DNA of 64,000 nt. Source: Antedon mediterranea (Eukaryota; Animalia; Echinodermata). The DNA is taken from positions 5,704,001 to 5,768,000 of the forward strand of contig NC_092673.1 of the NCBI RefSeq assembly GCF_964355755.1, given 5' to 3'. The notes below the pieces were generated by a model, which was not told the origin of the DNA, did no database searches, and worked only from the letters and a program-made list of their open reading frames with translations. Positions 37,601 to 49,400 of this stretch are shown one piece after another; positions within the stretch are counted from its first letter, which is position 1; each line of letters begins with the position of its first letter. Both the position numbers and the translations under genes were made by a program.

Positions 37601-39636
37601 ACTGGACCATATAATATTCTTTTTTCCGATTTCTAATAGTAGTGGTTAACTTGTTTCTAAAATGTATGTACGTACTTTTATTAGTAGTGGTGTTATTTTG
37701 TTTGTACTTTTTATATAATTTATGTTTTTGAGAGATAGCTCTGGCAATTTCAGCTGTGATCCAAGGAGATTTTAACTTGTTCGCCTTATTTCTAATTCGT
37801 TTTAAAGGGAAACAATTATCAATTGTTTTATTTAAAGTGTTTGTAAAATTTTGATAAGCAACATTCGCATTCTATAAAAGAAAACTTTATTTTTTTGCCT
37901 GTTTTTTTTTCTAAAAATTATACTATTTCTTATTGTTGGTGTTAAGCTTTGACTAGTTTCGTTTAACTAAATCTTATCACTTTTTTCAATGTTATGGTTA
38001 TGTTGTTTTTTTGTTGGAAATAAAATCAGTTTAAAAAAATCTAAAGAAGTGATTAACTTTGTTAAAATTATAAAATGGCCTATTTAAAGTCTGATTTTAT
38101 AATCTTTATTTTTGTTTTGTTTTTTGGGAAAAGATATCTTTAAAGGTCCTGAAGGTGTCCCTTTATAGGTGCCTACTGTTTAGGTTAGGTTCATTGACAG
38201 TTTACCTGTACGGTGGCATCTTCAAATTTGCAAAGGTGTTCCATTGCACCAAGTCGCCAGCCTCCATCTTGACTACTCACATATATAGAAGATGTACATA
38301 CATTGTTATGAGATACACCACCCTAAAATGAAATGAAAAAAAAACATGTTAATAATTCTAAAAGATTTGAGAATGAAAAGGTTATAAAGTGCATTTAACA
38401 AGGATATTCCTTGAAAGCTAAGATATGCAAAAGAACTGCATCAAGAAAATATAAATATAATATACGCATACATTTTCTTTTTAATACCTAGTTTTAATCT
38501 ATAAATCATATTCAATTCAATTTATTTTCCACTTACTACTACAAAAGTAAATGGAGGATGCATATTTTAAGATCTTTAAGCTAATAAGAACCTTGGAAAA
38601 CAATAATTACAATAAACATAAACGCAGTGAATACAAAAATTAATAATTGCAAGTCAGTGTTAGACCATCTTAACTTTTTGGTTGGTAAAGGGGAGGGGGT
38701 ATATTAAGTACAGTGGCCAAACAATGCACTGTATTGTACATTATACTTGACCTGCAATCATAGTACATCAATGTTAATGTCTTACCCTTGTATGTAGAAA
38801 ACTTAAGGCCTCTATAATGTTATACATCCCAACACATATTTCTTCCGAGCTGAGATTTTCCAACACCAGGTCTAATGGTTTCACTTGTTCTGTGATTAGA
38901 TACGTGCCTTCAACATTTTTACATGATGCAAAGAATTTTAATATAGTTGGATGGCGAAGAACTTTTAGTTGCTGCAAAAACAAACAAACAAGAGACGAAT
39001 CAGGTTACATTTACAGATTTATTTACTTGCATTTCTATTTGGTATCAATAAATTAAAAAATACATTATTCTATTTTAAATCGTAATAGTAGATAGGTTAG
39101 GCTTTATTATAAACAGATCCAGTCTTATTAGTTTAGGCCTAAACACCAATAGGGACCATGGAACCAATTAATATAGATTTGTGTTTATTGGTTGGTGTCA
39201 CAATTGTGAATTATTTCATTAATTATTTATGCCACTGTAGTACAGGATAATAGAAAGAATTTAGGCCAAGTTTCTAATTGTATTTTATTTATAACTCCCC
39301 TTCCTAAATCCTACATTTCCATTACATTAAATAATTCATTATTTAATTGAGATTCATCATTAAAACAATTCTAAAGTCCATAAATTATACCACAGTGCTG
39401 GTGTACATCTAGTACTGTAGTAATACTGTACACGGTCCACTCTACAGTACCTTAGCAGCATTTTGAACCCTAGCGTCCTCAGATTTCCGATCCCCTTTGT
39501 GAACAAACACGGACACCTGCGAACCATCGTCTCGACGTGCCGGATGGATGACCCAGTCAGGTTGATGAGAGTGGCCTGACGATTTTAGAGGTTCATCTAA
39601 CTTACAACCTTGTAGTACGCTTCCTTCAGCCCCCAT
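28636..39636 (-). CDS. SCYL3: SCY1-like pseudokinase 3 (PACE-1), 11 exons
   Basis: Exons 39451-39636 (MGAEGS myristoylation motif), 38786-38971 (LKVLRHP.ILKF..EALSFLH), 38206-38322 ([17 protein letters not shown]), 34653-34812 ([14 protein letters not shown]), 33748-33850, 32789-33006, 32161-32360, 31525-31665 ([15 protein letters not shown]), 30951-31218, 30218-30765 ([14 protein letters not shown]), 28636-28692 (acidic GWG..W tail, TGA). Phases are consistent. Confidence 0.92.
28731..30110. repeat. 16-bp minisatellite (CAAGTGACACTATAAT)n, about 85 units, filling the last SCYL3 intron
   Basis: Direct tandem units with variants CAAGTGACAATATAAT, CCAGTG.. and CAGGTG..; decays toward about 30190. 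Confidence 0.97.
33041..33619 (-). mobile_element. Helentron/DINE-like non-autonomous element (HINE) carrying a tRNA-like segment
   Basis: Minus strand: 5' TACCTCCGCCAAGGAGGT (subTIR plus short IR), a (GTTT/GT) microsatellite, 3' GGCGGAGGT subTIR, hairpin GTACTC-TCG-GAGTAC, terminal CTAGT. A tRNA-like A/B box lies at about 33190-33250 on +. Confidence 0.7.
35595..37872 (-). mobile_element. 5'-truncated L2/Crack-clade LINE with an uninterrupted RT ORF (35799 to about 37870) in SCYL3 intron 3
   Basis: Motifs [73 protein letters not shown]. The frame stays open about 88 codons upstream of the annotated ATG. (TTGAA)n 3' tail near 35595-35617. Confidence 0.93.
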
Positions 39637-40424
39637 TGATTGAAGCCTAAACTACCGTAATTCTTTGACCACTATGTTATTTTCTATGTCCCTTTATAAT
39701 TTGACTTTCATTTCCTGTGATCTATCTGAGCTGCTGTCAATGGTCATGTCATCAAATCTAAAAATCAGCATTGATAGGTCAAAGGCTATAGACTTCTTTA
39801 GTAGTTTCTATCGAAACAGTCGTTATAATGTAGAATCATGCTGGATTACAACAACTACATATCACAACACAGATGAGTTTTCCCAACACAAACACACGTG
39901 TTTTGATTGACTGTAAGTTTTCCTTGTTTATGAATAAATTAACATAATATAATGATAATCCAAAGTCGTCTGCTTATAATTATTCAATAGATACATAATA
40001 ACGTTATACATTTTAAGAATATAGGCTTATCTGTAGAGCTTGTTTTGTCCTAAAGTAGGACTCTCTCTAGCTAGGCTAGGCTAGGCTAACATTGAGCCTC
40101 ACTGACTGAACAGTTCTGCCTGCCTAAATGCTAGCTAGGCTAGTAGGTATAGTAGGCCTATGTATGGATGGCAGGGCTGCTCAGGATGGAGCTATTGCCT
40201 GTCTTTTTGACCAACATTTGGAAAGTGGTGTTGATTCATCATTTATCAAACAGTCCCTAATTTTCATGGCTAATTTAAATTCAAGAAACATTCAATTCAA
40301 CTGAAAACATGTCATTAATTAATAATAAATACATGGCTATATAGTTACTTTTCTTTGCATTTACAGATGGCGGGTTAAAACCTAATAAACTTAATTTTTC
40401 ATTACAATTGTATATTAACAGCAA
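39637..40424. promoter_or_regulatory. Bidirectional promoter region of SCYL3 and METTL13
   Basis: ATGs diverge about 790 bp apart. CACGTG at 39895-39900 and ACTACATATCAC at 39854. Confidence 0.6.
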
Positions 40425-43400
40425 ATGGATTTGTTACCAAGAAGCAGTAGTGAGTTTCAGTCTGTGGATTATTGGGACAAATTTTTCAAGAAGCGTGGTG
40501 GTGCAGCATTTGAGTGGTAAAACAGACTTCAGGTTCATCTATCTCAATCCATTCATTCATCTTCTATTCATTTAATTCAGCTGCTCATCCATTCCTCCAT
40601 CCACTTACTTTATTGATGATTTCATTTATCCATTTGTCGATCAATTAATAAATTATTCATCCATCCAATCTTCTTTTACATAGCTGATTTTTCATCAATC
40701 TTTTCACCTGCATCAATCTGCCATCTACCGTGGCAACAACTCGCATTCATCCACTCACTCATTTGTCCACTCACTCACTTTATTCTTTCACTCAATCTAT
40801 TCTTTCACTCAATCTCCCACACACTTAATCTTGCACTCACTCATTCATTCATGCACTAACTCATTCATTAACCATCTACGCATTCATCTATCCACTCATT
40901 CATTCATCCACTAACTCAATCTTCCACTCAATGTTGAACCAACACATTCATCCACTCACTCCACCATTCTTACACTCACTCATTCATTCACTCACTTATT
41001 CTCTAATTTATCAATTTATTCATATCTTAATATTCACCTTTCATGCATCCAGTCCACCAGTCCGAGCATGTATACTGTATATATTTTTTCTCTTTTATAT
41101 GAAAAGGTTAAAACTAATTTTTTTTTTAGGTATGGTGAATATGGAGATCTATGTGAAATCCTGCACAAGTACAGTAAAAGCAGTAACAAGGTGCTGATGA
41201 TAGGATGTGGTAACTCAACACTGAGTGAGGACTTGTATGATGTAGGCTATCATCAGTTGATCAACATTGATATCAGTAAGGTGGTAATTAAAAACATGAC
41301 TACGAGGAACGCGTCTACAAGACCAAAGATGAAGTTTATTGAAATGGACGTGCAGAAGGTAAGTTAATACTAATATATAATTCTGAAATTGCTTTTCTGC
41401 CAATATTGCTCAGCGTGTTATCGTGAGATCAAGACTTTGAGAGTCAATAATGCTTTTCAGATTGCTTGTGTCCTAGGCACACACATAAGTTTGTCTCTCT
41501 CCACCCAGGTGTACAAGTGGGATGAATAATTAGGGTCAATCACACCTGTGCTGATTAGATCAGGTGTGTTCCATACTTGTTTGATCCAACCACGGGAGTA
41601 ATGATGCGCTTAGAGGCTTTGAGCATTAGAAACTATTATACATAATGAGAATGTTTGTCCAATGCTTATACTAATAGAGTAAAAAGTAACAAAAGGTGAC
41701 AATGTTAAATTAGCTGTAGCTCCTTGGTGGTTTAGATACACAGGTGCCAATCCCAAAGTCCTTGGTTCAAGCCATTCATGATATCAGGAGTTATCCAATG
41801 GTAAAAGTTCTGATAAAGACATTTTTTACTTTTAAAGACTCTACAAACTGTTTTGTAGAGCATTGTTTGTGAATAAATATAATATCACTTATAAACATTA
41901 TGCCTAATAAATAATAAAAATAATTAATTTTTCCAGATGACATTTGATGATAATCATTTCAATGTGGTTATTGACAAAGGAACGCTTGACGCCATTATGT
42001 CAGACTCGGAACCTGCCACAATTGAAAGTGTTCAAAACATGTTCTCAGAAATCGATCGTGTAGTTAATTATGGAGGGCGCTATATTTGTATATCATTAGC
42101 GCAACAACACATAGCAAAGGAAATAGTCACATGGTTTACAAATAAGTAAGTAATCTGAGTATCATTGCAGAGTCAAATCTGGTCTGATGTCAAAAAGAAC
42201 TCCCTCCACTCATAAAAAGTTATAAGACTTGGTATTTGTTGAAGCATTTTTTAGGTTTCATATGAATGAATTGCAAATGGAAAATTCCCTATTGTATAAT
42301 TTACTAATTTTTTAAACACGCTTTTTTACACGTTAAAGTCAAAATCGTGAACCATCTATTTTTCTGCTATTATCAAACTATCTCAAAAATATCCTGGACA
42401 TAAAAATGTAAACAATTAGTAGAGTATTCTTTTGTTGAAAAATTTAAGAATTTCTTTTTTTTAAATCTAAAAATTATCTTATCAATAGCTTTGACTTTAA
42501 CAAATATTGTTGTACTTCACATGAATACTTTATTATTGACAACACAGGTCATGGCTGGTAAGGGTACACAAGGTTATTACGGATGACAATGAAGAGAAAA
42601 AATCTGCTTTTGCTCTCCCCGTCTTCGTTTTTGTCTGTACTAAATTTAAACCAATCATGGCAAGCAAGGTACAGTATTGTAATAAAAAATCTGTTTGTTT
42701 TACCTCATACCTGTTCTACACATTCAGATGTGGCTCCATTCTCCTGAACATTTACAACCTACAATTGAATTCAGACATGCGGCGTCTATAACTTGACTAT
42801 TGTGGGGACCATTTGTTCCATCAATATTTGTTTTATGTACCGCATACCACTACACATTCAGACGTATCTCTAGCCTCTTGAAAATTTACAACGTACAATT
42901 GAATTTAGACATGCACCCTCTATAAAATGACTACTGTATGGCAATGGTTGGACCACAGTCAATATTTGTTTTATATACATCATCATATATATAGGTCTGA
43001 TCCTATAGTTGAACTCGGACATGTCCCTCATCTATAAAATGACTATTGTAGAGAAATGGTTATACAGTAATACTATTATTATATTATAGATGAATTGAAG
43101 TAATATATGATATACTGTAATCTCAGCTTTTCCTTATTCTCACAGATTTCCTCTTTTAAAGATATTGTCCATTTTGAAGTATCATAATAGTTATTAACTT
43201 TACCAACAAATTAGTTGAAAAAAAATAATTTATCCAAAATACAGACATTTTAAAAAAACTTTGTTTTCCAGTCAAAGTTTTCGATCAAAACATATCTTAT
43301 AATGCAACGCGCTTGTTTGGCTACTCTGTATGCATAATCATAAAACTTCCTGGCGATCTGTGTGAAAACACTTTCTCAACCGCGACGAGTTGTAAACAAT

Positions 43401-46400
43401 CCTAATTAGCATCATGCATAATGCATACTTCCAGATGAAATGTAATCAAATAATTTACCTGTTAATTACGTAAACTTGTTGTTTTTGGCTCGAATTTTCG
43501 ACTTAAAGTAAATAACTTTAATATTACTTTGATATGGCCAATTTAAATTTAGAATATTTTTTTTCTTCATTTTTTTGTGTTTCAAGGGACAATACATCTT
43601 TAAATTTTAGCTTTTATTTTACAATAATATATCGACAGTTTAGTATTTCTTCTATGCTGTTATTGTTTATAAATCTTAACTCAATATATTTGTATATATT
43701 ATAATCATTTTTAAAATTCAATCTCAGGCACCTTTACCACTAGATGTATTCTTCACTAAGAATTCTAGTAATCTACGGCTGGAGTCAGCTGAGGCTGTGA
43801 TAACAGCTATCAAAGCCCAGCAAGACTATCATGTGATGCGTCACTCACTAAAAACTAGGTAATCAGATAACTTTTACACAGGTAACGAATTTGTCACGCA
43901 ATTTCGTCATAAACTATTTTTACTTTGTCATGGTTGATTGATTTGATTTTATTAGATATCCTTCATGTGAAATACAAACAAAGATTTATAAAGATTATCA
44001 TAATATAATAACTCCCTCCAAGTCTGTATAACAATTATGTGACTTATTAAGTGATTTATTTCCATTGGGGTCCAAATATTTAAAATAAGAAATTGAGTAG
44101 TTTCATTAGAAACTGTGTTTAGAAAGTTTCTAATACCATTGTTTGAAATAACACATTAAACACAAAACAATCCATCTTTAAATAAGAGTTTATTTCATTC
44201 AAATTATGGAAGTCCAAATGGAATTTGTACTACAGTAAAACTGATTAAAAATGTATAAAAATACCATTGTATAGCCAGCAGATGTATATACACACAATAT
44301 GATGTGTACTGTAGATATTTAAAAATCAATAATGAAGGAACAGTAATATCTTATTTGTACTGATGCCTCTTAAATAGGTCAGTGGATGAAGAGCAGCTGT
44401 CCTTCCAGTTGTACAATGCAAAACAACCAACAACTCCCAGATTTACTCTGTTCGTTGTTGATTCAAAAGGTGCGCTTCCCCCTGCCAACAAGTTTGCTGT
44501 GTTTATTGTCCCACAAGGAAGGTCAGTATCAATGTGATGTGCCCATATATGGACATGATATCACGTCATATCACTACCATATTTGGGTATATCACTACCA
44601 TATTTGGACACATCACACTTTTTTTGTCAAACTAGTTTGATAGTGTAGACATAGCTTTAAAACATTTGAAAATAATGTTACCCATAACTCATTTTAGAGA
44701 GGTTGAGTGGTTGTTCAGTAATCCCAAGGGGCGTGTTGATCTTGCAAAGTCTGCTAGTTTCCAACGTCTTATTGTTGTGACACTTCATCGGGACAACCAA
44801 TATGAGAGTCTGAAGGCAATACAAGATGAACTGTCTGGTGATGTCATGGAGTTGGCGCCTTCTGATCTTCCTGAAAATACAAAGGTAAGTTCATGTTGTT
44901 ATTTACTTACCTTTTATAGACGAAAAATGTACTCTACAACATACTTTATGCTGAATAGATACACTGCAGCCACTTATTTGTATACCTCCCTGCTGCAGCA
45001 GTCATGCTCAGTATAAATGTACTTGTGAAATGCTGATGATACCTTATTCTATGTTCATGTAGAACATAATGATCATTATTGGTGTACTTGTACAACCTGT
45101 TGATACTTACCGTATATTTCGGTGTATAAGTCGCACCTGTGTATAAGACGCACCCCCAACTGAGAGTAAAATATCGGTATTTTTTATATCGACGCACCTT
45201 ATATTTCATCAAAACAATGTTTTTTTAAATTGTAATCAATATTATTGTGATAATATATTTTGTTATATCTACAACGGCGTCCTTTATTTAGGTTTTTTCT
45301 TACCTAGGCTCGGCCGCGCCCAGCCTCAACAAGTTCTTTCTCACTTGTTATTCATGAGTTTCGCCGCAACATCGAGTGCATGACCGTGTGTGTAACACGC
45401 ACGTGTGTGTGTGGGCTAGCCTCGCTCGATCATTTCGAGAGGGCGCACGTTTTCACAGACAATCGTATTCGATTAGTATCTATGTATCCGAGAAGTGTGT
45501 ACGCTAGGTCCATGCTATAATCACCTGGAGAATGTACTAGTCGAATACCGCACACCATGTGCCACCAAAAGAAGGGCTCGCGCTTGGGGTACGGCGATCG
45601 TGCGTATAACTACTGTATAAATAAATACTATTCCAATCGTACGACGTAAACGTTTACAAATGAAATTTTATCGGAGCGCCATAATGAACAAATCTTTTCA
45701 TCATATTTAGTATAACATCATGCCTAGGCAGAAGCAGGTTGCCGTTACGTTAGTTAGTTACTGTAGCTAGGCCTAGCCTACTCAGGCCTAGCAAACGAGG
45801 TGACGATAGCCTAGGCCTATGTACAATCTGTGTGGTGAGGCATTTATGTTCGGTGTATAAGACGCACCCTTAATTTGGAGGTCAAATTTGCGTGTCAAAA
45901 GTGCGACTTATACACCGAAATATACGGTATGCAACATTGCAATAGACACACTGCAGTCATACAGAACAATGTTATGCTCAGTATTAATGTACTCGTCTAC
46001 AACATGTTAAATAATCTCTTATTATGCTACATTGCAATAGACACACTGCAGTCATACAGAACAATGTTATGCTCAGTATTAATGTACTTGTCTACAACAT
46101 GTAGATGATCCCTTATTATGCTACATTGCAATAGACACACTGCAGTCATACAGAACAATGTTATGATCAGTATTAATGTACTTGTCTACAACATGTAGAT
46201 GATCCCTTATTATGCTACATTGCAATAGACACACTGCAGTCATACAGAACAATGTTATGATCAGTATTAATGTACTCATCTACAACATGTAGATGATCCC
46301 TTATTATGCTACATTGCAATAGACACACTGCAGTCATGCAGAACAATGTTATGATCAGTATTAATGTACTTGTCTACAACATGTAGATGATCCCTTATTA

Positions 46401-49400
46401 TGCTACATTGCAATAGACACACTGCAGTCATACAGAACAATGTTATGATCAGTATTAATGTACTTGTCTACAACATGTAGATGATCCCTTATTATGCTAC
46501 ATTGCAATAGACACACTGCAGTCATACAGAACAATGTTATGATCAGTATTAATGTACTCATCTACAACATGTAGATGATCCCTTATTATGCTACATTGCA
46601 ATAGACACACTGCAGTCATGCAGAACAATGTTATGATCAGTATTAATGTACTTGTCTACAACATGTAGATGATCCCTTATTATGCTACATTGCAATAGAC
46701 ACACTGCAGACATACAGAACAATGTTATTCTCAGTATTAATGTACTTGTCTACAACATGTAGATGATCCCTTATTATGCTACATTGCAATAGACACACTG
46801 CAGTCATACAGAACAATGTTATGATCAGTATTAATGTACTTGTCTACAACATGTAGATGATCCCTTATTATGCTACATTGCAATAGACACACTGCAGTCA
46901 TACAGAACAATGTTATGATCAGTATTAATGTACTCATCTACAACATGTAGATGATCCCTTATTATGCTACATTGCAATAGACACACTGCAGTCATACAGA
47001 ACAATGTTATGATCAGTATTAATGTACTTGTTGGATGATCACTTATTATGCTACATTGTCAAGCGGAACATAATCATTATTAATTAGCAATCCTCAAATG
47101 GAAGTAATTGTTAAAGAAGCAGTTTAAAAACATAAGTTTGCGTTAATTCTATTAGGTACCATTTTTGTCTATTGGTGATGATATTGGAAAGAGGACGATT
47201 GTTGAACGAGGTACTAGTCAATTGAGTGGAGATTTCATCATTGAGGATGTTGAAACACAGGGAGAATCTATGAGACGATTAATATTCATGAAGTCACAAC
47301 ATCATGTTCAGTCGGAGTCTAAACTAAAGAAAGGTATAAATGGAACAAAAAGAGTCCTTGTATCATTCATTCAGAGCAAGCAACTGGGGCCGGATTTATC
47401 AAACTTGCTTAGCAAAAATATCATCTTAACTTTGCCTTAAATCCTTGATTTTGCCTAAGTCAGATTTATTAATATATCTAAGCAAAAATATTTGCTTAAT
47501 TTTGTCTTAAATCTAGAACGAACAACACCCTGCCTTAAGATGAAAAATGTTGTCTTATCTCATTTCTAAAAACAGAAACATTCTTTTTGACAATGCGAGC
47601 CGGAACATTGAACGCTGTACTACGAACAATAATAAAATAATAAAAACAATAGTAGCCAGAATGCGCCCTCTCTTGTTGGGAGTAAAAACATGGAGATAAA
47701 ATGTTATAGCGCCGCCATCGCTAAGAGAAAAAAAGCTAATGCGCACGCGTAAGATAAGATTTTTCGTCTTAAGACATAATTTGCTGCCCTCTTTAATTTT
47801 GCGCATGTGCAAAGTAAAATTTACCTAAGACAATTTGATAAATAAGATTAAGTTATTTGTTTAAGCACTTCTTAAATATTTCAGCTTAAGCAAAACTATA
47901 AGCAATTACATACAAGAACGTGATTAAGTTCAAAATGGCGTCATGTGGCAACCCCTCCGTGGATCTAAACTGTTTTTGTTTTTCTATGTTTAGCAATTTT
48001 TCATACACGCAATGGTGACTTAATAAATGAATGTAACACATAAATGACAATTGAAAAATGTTTTGTATATGGAGATATATAAATTACAATAAACCAATAA
48101 ATAGGTATGTGTAAACAGATTTAAAACTTTCTTTTTTTTAGTGTCAGTGAGAAGTAAAGGAGGTAAAAGAACATCTAAAGTAGTCATAGATAGAAGCTAT
48201 ATTAGCTTTGAAACACACAAAGGCATCATAGCTGGCTTAGCACTTATTCCAAACTTTCAACAAGTTATACGTACGTATCACTAAGTATTAAGTGACGTTT
48301 ATTCCTTAGAAAATGTGGGATGAAACCCAGTTGTCTTTATTTGTCACATAATAATTATTATTTTTCATGAATTCTACATTAGTATGGTATTATATTGTAT
48401 TGTATCTATATATAAATTTACGTAAGGGCAAAGTTCGGTAAATCGAGCGTTTTTTCTAGAATGTTTACTCGATGGTATATAAAGTTGGTTAGAATCTCGG
48501 TACTGATTTTAACCACTTGATGTGGTCAGGCCGATTTTCTAAAAAAATACTATTTTGATAGATTTAATATACGTTTATACAAATGTATTGATTTGCAACA
48601 TTCCAATCTCTCAGACTCCCAGTTTGTAGGTAAATTTATGGGCCCTTAAAACTGAGATATAGCATTGCAATACTTTGACAATATTGTAAATACTGTCGTA
48701 TTAGGCATTTTTGGTTGCCATTTTAATCAAAATTTTCTTACTGTGAATGTGGTTACTGTTAGATAAACACACAAAGAAAATTTCTTACTGTGACTGTGGG
48801 TAGGCTCTACTGCTGGATATATAAACACATAATATACAAATAAAAACTTTATTACTGACAGTTGCTTCTCAATATTTGTATTAATTAATAATTATAAAAA
48901 ACATAAACTTCGTAGTGGTGTATCATTACATGTACTTTACTATTTCAATCGACTATAACAGGGACAGTTTAAAAAAAGTATTGAATCGTAAATGTTTTAC
49001 TGTGTTAATATATATTATTGTTAGGCCTTTAAAACATTTAAAACAATATTTCGTTACTGAGTGGATAAATAATATATTTAAAAATTGTTCTTCCCATCCT
49101 CTTCCACATCCCTCAACTCTAATGTTATATACAAAACACAAATTGGATTTGTTAAAATGAATTCAAATTTGGACTCATTTTTAAGACAAGTTTCTCTTTC
49201 TGAAGTAGGCCTAATTCCCAGGGTGCTAATTTTAGTTAACTACATTAATCATCGTGTCTATTTTATTCGTTTCTAAAAACGACAATGTATTGTAGTCCTG
49301 CGGTACGTACATTTGAAATTGCCAGTTTTTTAAAGCTGAAATTACTGTGTATTCGAGAACCATCTGTAGACACAACCTAGATGGTACGCGAGCGTACTAT

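Noticed and set aside
45941-47058. Possible CRISPR or ncRNA gene array
   Set aside because: The whole 94-bp unit repeats with no variable spacer, and no recognisable tRNA, snoRNA or 5S features.
47385-47910. Insertion starting GGGGCCGGATTTATCAAAC, absent from the duplicate
   Set aside because: Probably a Harbinger-like MITE, but no matching right TIR was found, so it is not listed as a feature.
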